DNA of 20,000 bases from the IMG/VR virus record IMGVR_UViG_3300013132_000045, one strand, 5' to 3'. The stretch is from an uncultured virus (IMG/VR IMGVR_UViG_3300013132_000045) (lineage: Duplodnaviria; Heunggongvirae; Uroviricota; Caudoviricetes). Shown here one piece after another: positions 9,409 to 16,531 of this stretch (positions within the stretch are counted from its first letter, which is position 1; each line of letters starts with the position of its first letter). The position numbers and the translations under genes are program-made. The notes below the pieces were generated by a model, which was not told the origin of the DNA, made no database searches, and saw only the letters and a list, made by a program, of their open reading frames with translations.

Positions 9409-9906
9409 ATGGGCTTTTATACTGGTCGCACTGGCAAGCTTTACCTTTATGGTATTTTTCCTCCATCTTTTGGCTCTGCATTGACCCCTACCGATACAAA
9501 TGCTGTATTGAAAATTCGCGATTGGTCCCTTGACACAAGCCTAGAACTTTTGGAGACCACCACTATTGACACGGCAGTGAAAACATACACGCCTGGCATG
9601 GTCAGTTCCACTGGTTCAGCCACTGTCATGTACTATCGGGCAGAGCCAGGCGACGTAGGCATACAGTTTGAACAATTGCTTAATAAAGTGATGAAAACAA
9701 GCGGCGCTGGCGTTACGGAAGCAGACAAAGTAGGAATGATGCTGCGAGCCGGATCACAACCAGGGGCTGGCGTAGATATAAAGGATGACATTGGCTTTAA
9801 TGCTTATATTACCAATGCAAGTATCACTGTTGGCACTGGAGAGCTGACTAGCGTATCGTTACAATTTACCGTGGATGGACCATTTATAGAACTAATTGAC
9901 GCATGA
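9409..9906 (+). CDS. Tail-tube-fold protein
   Basis: 165 aa. YTGRTGKLY...IRDWSLDTSLELLETTT...TYTPGMVSSTGSATVMY...SLQFTVDG follows the siphovirus tail tube protein pattern. Confidence 0.7.
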   Translation: MGFYTGRTGKLYLYGIFPPSFGSALTPTDTNAVLKIRDWSLDTSLELLETTTIDTAVKTYTPGMVSSTGSATVMYYRAEPGDVGIQFEQLLNKVMKTSGAGVTEADKVGMMLRAGSQPGAGVDIKDDIGFNAYITNASITVGTGELTSVSLQFTVDGPFIELIDA

Positions 9907-10787
9907 CCTATTTTGTTGGGCGCATTGGTAATGTAAGACTTCGACGCAATAACGAAGGAATATTTTCGGCAATCGTCAAAGACGCCGACGTTACTATCGT
10001 CTTGAATCGAGTGGGTTTTGAAGGGGCTCTTGATAATTTGCTAACTGGAGATAAAATTACAATTAGCACTCCAGACCCGCGAGGATTGGTGTTTTTTACA
10101 ACTCCCAGTTGGGTGGATGGTGAAGGCGTTGAGCAGCGTAGCTTTTCAGCTTTTATTAATGTCAACGCCGCTGGTGGTTTGCGGTTTTTCCCAACTTTTG
10201 CAGATGCTGTAAATAACAATCGCGCCGCCGAATTTCAAATAAAAAACTTTGAAGGAGAGCCATTGCTTGTTGAATTAGTGGTGCGAGATGTATCTCCAAA
10301 TGTGTTGGGAGATGTGACCAGTTATACTTTCAACACTGATCGTGAAGGCTTAGATGCTACCACGCTAAATGATAAATTTAAGCGTATGTATTCGGCAGGC
10401 CTTATCAGCGGAAGCGGATCTATTGACTGCTTGTTTGATAATACTACTTCTGGCGTAAAAGAAACGCCGCTATTAATGTTACAGCTTATACATCGCGTGG
10501 ATATTGGCAGCGCATTTGATTGCCTGCTGTCAATCACCGACCCATTAAATGACCCAGCACTTTCGGCTGACGACAATATTTACTATGAATTCACTGCAAT
10601 GGTCACGCGGTCCGGCTTGGAACTGTCCGCTTCTGATTTAATTTCGTGTAGTATAGATTTTGTAACCACTGGTGAAATTAAACTATTAGTGGGTCGTCCA
10701 TCTGGTTACGTCCTGAAAGAGGACGAAGATCGTCTTGCTCTTAACCAAAATAGTCTAGAGTTCCTCCTTACGGAAGTGGAAGACTAG
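9903..10787 (+). CDS. Tail-tube-fold protein with an inserted domain and acidic C-terminal tail (possible fibre-anchoring collar)
   Basis: 294 aa, ATGA-coupled. C-terminal half VTSYTFNTDREGLDATTL...GLISGSGSIDCLFD...SIDFVTTG parallels the preceding protein. Ends YVLKEDEDRLALNQNSLEFLLTEVED. Confidence 0.6.
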   Translation: MTYFVGRIGNVRLRRNNEGIFSAIVKDADVTIVLNRVGFEGALDNLLTGDKITISTPDPRGLVFFTTPSWVDGEGVEQRSFSAFINVNAAGGLRFFPTFADAVNNNRAAEFQIKNFEGEPLLVELVVRDVSPNVLGDVTSYTFNTDREGLDATTLNDKFKRMYSAGLISGSGSIDCLFDNTTSGVKETPLLMLQLIHRVDIGSAFDCLLSITDPLNDPALSADDNIYYEFTAMVTRSGLELSASDLISCSIDFVTTGEIKLLVGRPSGYVLKEDEDRLALNQNSLEFLLTEVED

Positions 10788-10790
10788 AAT
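10785..10790 (+). promoter_or_regulatory. Putative -10 box (C)TAGAAT
   Basis: 22 nt before GTG 10813; overlaps the upstream TAG stop. Confidence 0.55.
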
Positions 10791-10812
10791 GTACCAAAAG
10801 AATTTATAACTC

Positions 10813-13800
10813 GTGGCAGATCAACGTATTACGCAGCTAAAAAAGCTGAGTCAAGCTGATGTTGCAGCTAATGATGTGCTGCCCATTGTTGACGTGGGTA
10901 GTAGTATCACCAAAAAGGTGGAGGCCAAGGATCTATTCCAAGCTGCCGCTGATTTGGCTGACAATAGCAGCATTAATTTAGCAAAGCTTAATCAAGCCAG
11001 TGCGACCAAACTTGGCACTGCCGCATTAGCTGATGATGCCATCACTGCTGCAAAATTAGCAAATGATAGTGCCATTGCTTATGACTCAGTGGCGCCTACC
11101 ATTGATAATTTTGAAGGAAGGGGCTATGTAAATAGCACTAGCAAAAATTTGCAAGTGTGGAATGGTAGCGCCTTTGATCAAGTGGTGATGCCTACGGCTG
11201 GCATTGCAGACCTAGCTGTGAGCACTGCCAAGATTGCCAATAATGCAATTACCACGGCTAAAGTTGATATTGCCGGCCTTGGTCCTACTGCCATTGCCAC
11301 TAATGCCATCACGACAGCCAAAGTTGTTGATACAGCCATCACTACTGACAAACTGGCTTCATTGTCAGTTACCACGGCCAAGATTGCTGCTAATGCGGTC
11401 ACTGCTGCTGAGCTAGCAAACGATGCCGTAGACACCGCTGCCATCCAAACTCTAGCCGTCACTAACGCCAAGCTGGCTGATGCCGCTGTCACCGAAGCCA
11501 AGATTGCCGATGGTGCGGTAACGGTAAACAAAATTGCCAATACCAGCATCACTTATGGCAAACTCAATCTTGCTGATGGTTCCGTACCAGGTGCCAAGCT
11601 GACTGATGCTACAGTTACCAGCGCTAAACTTGCCGCGGATGCTGTAACAACACCTGCCATTACTGATCTTGCTGTTACCACCGGTAAGCTGGCAAACTCA
11701 GCAGTCACCAACGGCAAAATTGCTGATGGTGCAATTACCACTGTCAAGGTAGATGCTGCTGGTCTTGCTGCTGCTGCTATTGCCACCAATGCAATTACAA
11801 CAGCCAAAGTTGCAGATGATGCCATCACTGCCGCCAAAATGGCTGATGATAGTACCACTATTGTACAAGCTGGCACACCAGCGGGAAGCGGCGCTTTTGA
11901 AGGGCAGCATTGGTTTGACACTAATACCAGCGTTGAATACATTTGGGACAGCACCACGTGGGTGAGGCAGGCGGCCGTTAATGTTATAAATTTCACTGAT
12001 TCCACTCCCATTGCATTTTCCGTTGCCTATCCAAATAATCACACTGCTAATATCACCACTTCTCTTGACACGCAAGTAGCTAATCGTGCATTTCTTGGTC
12101 CCGCTGCTGGTGCTGATGCTGCCCCCACCTTTCGCACCATTGTTCCCAATGATTTGCCAGATGCCACGGCTTCAACTAAAGGCATCATCCAACCAGGCAC
12201 TGGCTTAGTTGTTAATGGCGGCACGCTAAATCACAGCAATAGCGTCACCACCGGCACATATACAAAAGTAACAGTTGACACGCAAGGGCATGTCAGCACG
12301 GGCGCGTTGCTTGAGGCCTCTGATGTGCCAAATATTGACGCAGCTAAAATTACAACTGGCACCTTGCCCACTGATCGCATTGCTGATAATGCCGTCACCA
12401 TTGATAAACTATCAGACTACAGCACGGCTTCGCTGGGAGAAACTTTCCCCACGCCTAGTTTTATTGGACAAATCCACCTAAATCCACTGGACAAATCGTT
12501 CTTTATGTGGGACGGTAATGTTTTTGTGCCAATTGGCATTTCAGCGGGACAAATTATTTTTGCTGGTACTTTCAATGCAGCTACGCCTTCTGGCACGGGG
12601 CAAGTTGCCAGTATCACGCCTGAGGGAGCAGCAGCAGGCTTTACTGTGGGCAGTGCATTGCCGGCCTCTGCGCCTGGTAACAATAAGCATTATTTAGTCG
12701 TTAGTTCAGGGGGAACAATCACCACTGGTAACGCGCCAAACGCTACATTGGCACCTCCTGATTTAATTCTTTCCGTTTATAACAGCGCCAGTCCTGGTTG
12801 GGTGGAAATTGACGTTAGTGCGGGCGCTGGTGCTATTGCCGCCTCACAGGTTAGCTTTGCTGCTGTTGGAGATATTGGCAGTAGTAATGTACAAACTGCC
12901 ATTGAAGAAGTTAGTAGCGAATGTCGCAACGCAACGAACATCACTAGCGGCACTCTCGCCGTAGCGCGTGGCGGCACCAATTTATCTAGTTATGTCAAGG
13001 GAGATATTATTGCGGCCAGTGGAACAACGGTATTAGCTCGACGTAGTGTTGGCACCAATGGTCAAGTGCTGACTGCTGATAGTGCTGAAATTACTGGTCT
13101 TAAATGGGCCACGCCCACTGTTGGTACTGTCACTGAAGTGACCAGCAGCACTGCTGCATTGACTGTTGCATCCGGCACTAGCACTACCACGCCTGCGTTG
13201 ACGATTCGCTCAGCTACGACTAGCGGCGATGGCATTGTCCAGCTTAGTGATAGCACTGGCACTACCAGCAGCATTCTGGCTGCTACGTCCACTGCCGTTA
13301 AAGCAGCTTATGATTTGGCTGATGCTGCGCTGCCCAAGGCGGGAGGCACTGTCACGGGAGATATTACGCTTGGCACAAATATTGGCATTCAGTTTGAAGG
13401 CACGACGGACGATGCAAATGAAATTCGCTTAATTGGTGCTGATGCCACCGCTGATAGAACCATTACGCTTCCGAACGTAACTGGCACGGTGGTTACAACC
13501 GGCGACAATGGCACTGTCACTAGCACAATGATTGCTAATGATACTATTGTCAATGCCGATATAAATGCTTCTGCTGCTATTGCCTATAGCAAACTTGCAC
13601 TATCCAGCGGCGTTGTCGATGCCGACATAAATGCTTCTGCCGCCATTGCTCTTTCTAAGCTTGCAACTGGTGCTCTTCCAACAACCATTACGATTGCTTC
13701 CGCGAATATTGTTGACGACACTATTGTCAATGCCGATATCAATAATTCTGCTGCCATTGCTCTTTCTAAGCTTGCCACGGGAGCATTGCCTTCTGGCATC

Positions 13801-14529
13801 ACTATTGCAAGCAGCAACATTGTCAATGACACTATTGTCAATGACGATATAAATGCTTCTGCCGCCATTGCTGGTACGAAGATTAGCCCTGATTTTGGCA
13901 GTCAGAATATTGTTACTACTGGTATTTTTAACCACGCTCTTGGTACTGTTAGTGCTCCAACTATTGCTTTTACAGGAGACAGTAATACAGGCATCTATAG
14001 CCCTGGTGCTGATGCAGTTGGTGTGACGACAGGCGGCACCGAACGCCTGCTCATCGACTCCACTGGGGAACTCAAAATAGCTGCAAAAGGTAACGGAATA
14101 AATAACGGGATTATATTTGATATTCCTTATACAGGCGGGCAATCTAACGTTGTATCACAAGCTCTACAAGTTGCCACAGGAGGAGCGGCTAATGCCTTGG
14201 CTCGCATCAATATGGGGGCTGTTAACCTTTCAGCCAATAACGGAAGTTTTATTAGCTTTGCCACGTCACCAGGTGGATCAGGTGCTCCGTCTGGTGACTT
14301 AACAACCGAGCGCCTGCGCATCGACTCCGCAGGCAACGTGGGCATTGGGACCAGCAGTCCTACCACGCTGCTTGATGTGAATGCTGATACCATGCGACTC
14401 CGTACTGCACGTACTCCTGCATCTGCAGGCGCTACTGGTGCCGTTGGTGAAATCTGCTGGGATGCAAATTACATCTACGTCTGCACGACAACAAATACAT
14501 GGAAGAGGGCGGCACTTAGCACATGGTAA
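10813..14529 (+). CDS. Long tail fibre protein
   Basis: 1238 aa, GTG start. MADQRITQL N-terminus, many decapeptide (I/L)AxxA(I/V)TxAK repeats, tail-fibre repeat ATTSGDGIVQLS...AATSTAVKAAYD (13213-13314), IVNADINASAAIAxSKL repeats, NVGIGTSSP and C-terminal GEICWDANYIYVC...WKR. Confidence 0.9.
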   Translation: MADQRITQLKKLSQADVAANDVLPIVDVGSSITKKVEAKDLFQAAADLADNSSINLAKLNQASATKLGTAALADDAITAAKLANDSAIAYDSVAPTIDNFEGRGYVNSTSKNLQVWNGSAFDQVVMPTAGIADLAVSTAKIANNAITTAKVDIAGLGPTAIATNAITTAKVVDTAITTDKLASLSVTTAKIAANAVTAAELANDAVDTAAIQTLAVTNAKLADAAVTEAKIADGAVTVNKIANTSITYGKLNLADGSVPGAKLTDATVTSAKLAADAVTTPAITDLAVTTGKLANSAVTNGKIADGAITTVKVDAAGLAAAAIATNAITTAKVADDAITAAKMADDSTTIVQAGTPAGSGAFEGQHWFDTNTSVEYIWDSTTWVRQAAVNVINFTDSTPIAFSVAYPNNHTANITTSLDTQVANRAFLGPAAGADAAPTFRTIVPNDLPDATASTKGIIQPGTGLVVNGGTLNHSNSVTTGTYTKVTVDTQGHVSTGALLEASDVPNIDAAKITTGTLPTDRIADNAVTIDKLSDYSTASLGETFPTPSFIGQIHLNPLDKSFFMWDGNVFVPIGISAGQIIFAGTFNAATPSGTGQVASITPEGAAAGFTVGSALPASAPGNNKHYLVVSSGGTITTGNAPNATLAPPDLILSVYNSASPGWVEIDVSAGAGAIAASQVSFAAVGDIGSSNVQTAIEEVSSECRNATNITSGTLAVARGGTNLSSYVKGDIIAASGTTVLARRSVGTNGQVLTADSAEITGLKWATPTVGTVTEVTSSTAALTVASGTSTTTPALTIRSATTSGDGIVQLSDSTGTTSSILAATSTAVKAAYDLADAALPKAGGTVTGDITLGTNIGIQFEGTTDDANEIRLIGADATADRTITLPNVTGTVVTTGDNGTVTSTMIANDTIVNADINASAAIAYSKLALSSGVVDADINASAAIALSKLATGALPTTITIASANIVDDTIVNADINNSAAIALSKLATGALPSGITIASSNIVNDTIVNDDINASAAIAGTKISPDFGSQNIVTTGIFNHALGTVSAPTIAFTGDSNTGIYSPGADAVGVTTGGTERLLIDSTGELKIAAKGNGINNGIIFDIPYTGGQSNVVSQALQVATGGAANALARINMGAVNLSANNGSFISFATSPGGSGAPSGDLTTERLRIDSAGNVGIGTSSPTTLLDVNADTMRLRTARTPASAGATGAVGEICWDANYIYVCTTTNTWKRAALSTW
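11020..11850 (+). repeat. Decapeptide repeat shaft of the tail fibre
   Basis: About 20 degenerate 10-aa units such as LADDAITAAK, IANNAITTAK and LADAAVTEAK. A larger block (AITTxKVDxAGLxxxAIATNAITTAKV) is duplicated 486 nt apart. Confidence 0.9.
13540..13880 (+). repeat. IVNADINASAAIAxSKL repeats in the tail fibre (4 copies)
   Basis: The repeat is visible in the protein. A 23-bp exact DNA repeat gccattgctctttctaagcttgc occurs at 13642 and 13753 (111-nt, 37-aa period). Confidence 0.9.
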
Positions 14530-14567
14530 TGATGTCCTTCAGTCCTCTCTTAAGCGCCCGACGGTGC

Positions 14568-14573
14568 TAAACT
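14568..14573 (+). promoter_or_regulatory. Putative -10 box (GC)TAAACT
   Basis: 22 nt before ATG 14596, in an intergenic gap. The same gctaaactaa 10-mer recurs at 17774. Confidence 0.6.
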
Positions 14574-14595
14574 AACCATTAGTTAATCTTGTTTT

Positions 14596-14904
14596 ATGGC
14601 CACCACTATCTCTTGGGACATTGCCAATCTTGAAAGGGAAACCTCTGATGGTTATGTTTATACTGCCCATTACACCATCACCGCCAATGATGGCACCTAT
14701 CAAGCTGGTGCTTATGGAAGCGTTGGACTGAAACGCCCTAACAATCTCATTTCATACTCTTCTCTCACGAAAGCGATAGTTGTTGGTTGGGTGAAAAATG
14801 AACTCACGGCAAAGAAAGTCGCTGACATTGAAACTGCCCTTCAAAATCAAATTGATGAGCAACGTCAGCCAACAAAAGCTTCTGGCATACCCTGGACCAG
14901 TTAA
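14596..14904 (+). CDS. Small fibre-associated protein (possible fibre assembly/tip partner)
   Basis: 102 aa, MATTISWDIANLERETSDGYVYTAHY...GIPW. Resembles small conserved proteins recalled directly downstream of phage fibre genes. Confidence 0.7.
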   Translation: MATTISWDIANLERETSDGYVYTAHYTITANDGTYQAGAYGSVGLKRPNNLISYSSLTKAIVVGWVKNELTAKKVADIETALQNQIDEQRQPTKASGIPWTS

Positions 14905-14922
14905 TTCTTCCTCATTGTTTCT

Positions 14923-15057
14923 ATGGCCGTACGTAGCAAACAAGGTGCCGCATCATCAAAGCGCATCATCATTAGTAAGCCTAAGAAGACAAAACAAGGC
15001 GATGGTCAACATAGCAAGCCTTCTCATGGCAGAAAAAAATCAAGAGGCCAAGGATAG
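14923..15057 (+). CDS. Small highly basic protein, 44 aa (not in the ORF track)
   Basis: Hand translation: MAVRSKQGAASSKRIIISKPKKTKQGDGQHSKPSHGRKKSRGQG*. It fills the intergenic gap and has a T-rich leader like its neighbours. The PKKTxQG...RGQG pattern resembles a small basic protein recalled from cyanophages. Confidence 0.8.
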   Translation: MAVRSKQGAASSKRIIISKPKKTKQGDGQHSKPSHGRKKSRGQG

Positions 15058-15067
15058 TATTCAAAGC

Positions 15068-15073
15068 TATAAT
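15068..15073 (+). promoter_or_regulatory. Putative -10 box (GC)TATAAT
   Basis: Perfect sigma70 -10 consensus, 23 nt before ATG 15097, intergenic. Confidence 0.65.
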
Positions 15074-15096
15074 AAAACAAATTAAAACGGTAGGCG

Positions 15097-15438
15097 ATGA
15101 TTTATCCCGCCACTTATGACATAGTGGTGTTGCAAAATGCCACTTTTCGTTTGCGACTTACAGCCACGCAAAGTGGAGGCACGCCCGTTAATCTTTCTGG
15201 CTATACCATTGATAGTGACATTTGCGGCGCCAGCACGGGGCAGCAAGTGGCCACTTTCATTCCCACCATTGTTAGTGCAGCCAGCGGCATAGTAGAACTA
15301 AATCTTCCCCCTACAACAAGCAGTGGCATTGAAGCTGGGCGCTATCTATACGATGTTAGTGCCACGCAGCCCGGCGGTGATAGATATTATTGGCTTAAGG
15401 GCGTTATGACAGTTGAATCCACTTGTAGCAGGAATTAA
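15097..15438 (+). CDS. Putative fibre adaptor / Ig-like virion protein (BppU N-terminal-like), paralogue 1
   Basis: 113 aa, YDIVVLQNATF...PVNLSGYT...YLYDV...YYWLKG. Clearly similar to 17804-18142. Confidence 0.65.
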   Translation: MIYPATYDIVVLQNATFRLRLTATQSGGTPVNLSGYTIDSDICGASTGQQVATFIPTIVSAASGIVELNLPPTTSSGIEAGRYLYDVSATQPGGDRYYWLKGVMTVESTCSRN

Positions 15439-15440
15439 TC

Positions 15441-16226
15441 ATGAGCACCATTGCCCTTACTGTCGTTAGCGGAGAAACCGTAGACCTAGGCCTTTCCATC
15501 CCTGGCGTGCAGGGACCAATTGGGCTAAGCACATTGCCTTCTGGCGGCACGGTTGGGCAAATTATTGTTAAACAAAGTGCCACTGATTATGACGCCGTAT
15601 GGACTTCTTCGGCTTCTGGCCTCACTCTTCGTAACATCACGCTTTCCGGCGCCACTGTTCAAGGAACAATTTCTGGAGGCACCTATAACAATGCTTCTTT
15701 AATTGATAGCATATACTCTGGCGGAACAATACGCAATACTACGATTTCTGGTACAATTACAAACTTGGCCTCCGTGAGTGGCGGCACATATTTATCACCT
15801 TCAATTAGCGGCGCAACAATTCTTGCTTCCACTTTGTCTGGTGCAACCATTAACAATGGCACGGCCAGTAGTGGCACTTATCTTGCGCCCACCATTAGCG
15901 GAGCAGTTATTTTTGCCTCCACCTTATCTGGCGTTGTTACAAACGTAGGCACCATTAGCGGAGGTACCATTAGCGGAGTCACTATAGCTAGCTCCACCAT
16001 TAATTCCCCTTCCATTGTTTCTCCTACAATTTCTGGGAATGTCGTGGCTAGCGGCGGCGTCATTATTTTTGCTAGTGGCAATTCCGCTGGTTTTTTTGGT
16101 GCATCACCAGTGCTGTGCCCCTCCGGCATTGTCATTCCCAGTGGCGGCTCAAGCACGGCAGAAGTTCTTACGGCATTGAGCGGCGTGATTGTAGCATTGA
16201 AAGACTTAGGCTTAGTACGTGGTTGA
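15441..16226 (+). CDS. Ser/Gly/Thr-rich pentapeptide-periodic virion protein (putative short fibre)
   Basis: 261 aa. PGVQGP, then the fibre-type motif LPSGGTVGQIIVKQSATDYDAVW, many T(I/L)SG(G/A) units, and a C-terminal helix ALKDLGLV. Confidence 0.7.
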   Translation: MSTIALTVVSGETVDLGLSIPGVQGPIGLSTLPSGGTVGQIIVKQSATDYDAVWTSSASGLTLRNITLSGATVQGTISGGTYNNASLIDSIYSGGTIRNTTISGTITNLASVSGGTYLSPSISGATILASTLSGATINNGTASSGTYLAPTISGAVIFASTLSGVVTNVGTISGGTISGVTIASSTINSPSIVSPTISGNVVASGGVIIFASGNSAGFFGASPVLCPSGIVIPSGGSSTAEVLTALSGVIVALKDLGLVRG

Positions 16227-16251
16227 CAAACGCATGGCGCAGAGCTAGCCT
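16223..16251 (+). promoter_or_regulatory. Putative sigma70-type promoter TTGACA-N17-TAGCCT
   Basis: TTGACA at 16223-16228, a 17-nt spacer, then (GC)TAGCCT at 16246-16251, 23 nt before ATG 16275. Confidence 0.65.
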
Positions 16252-16274
16252 GCAAACCAGCCTTTCTTTTCATC

Positions 16275-16526
16275 ATGGCTTTCGTTGATTTCTATTCTTT
16301 TTCTCATCGTTTCTCTGATGATCAACATACGCCTTCTGATTACGCAAGTCATCAAGAAATTAACCATCAATGTAGTGGCGTGAATGCTGATGGCTTAGTG
16401 CGACAATTTTTTTATTTTGCCATTGGTTGTGGCTATTCTCCTCGTAATATTGTTGATGCCTTTGAAGCAATGGCTGAAGAATATGGCGAAGCATATTGCA
16501 GCTATGATAAGAAAAAAGAAAAATAG
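16275..16526 (+). CDS. Hypothetical protein, 83 aa (probably non-structural)
   Basis: Acidic/aromatic composition unlike the flanking Gly/Ser/Thr-rich fibre proteins. Contains FFYFAIGCGY, has its own promoter-like element and fills the gap between genes. Confidence 0.75.
   Translation: MAFVDFYSFSHRFSDDQHTPSDYASHQEINHQCSGVNADGLVRQFFYFAIGCGYSPRNIVDAFEAMAEEYGEAYCSYDKKKEK
16503..16508 (+). promoter_or_regulatory. Putative -10 box (GC)TATGAT
   Basis: 23 nt before ATG 16532; lies inside the A-rich 3' end of the upstream ORF. Confidence 0.5.
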
Positions 16527-16531
16527 TTGCA

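Noticed and set aside
14038..14529. Diversity-generating retroelement or invertible shufflon at the fibre tip
   Set aside because: No reverse transcriptase or invertase in the window, no template/variable repeat pair differing only at adenines, and the repeats are direct rather than inverted.
14798..15085. 95-aa + strand ORF
   Set aside because: It overlaps the 14596-14904 gene by over 100 nt; the 44-aa ORF at 14923-15057 fits the gap better.
16239..16270. Possible intrinsic terminator (gcag...ctgc followed by a T-rich run)
   Set aside because: The stem is only about 4 bp and is separated from the T tract; the promoter plus T-rich leader reading fits better.
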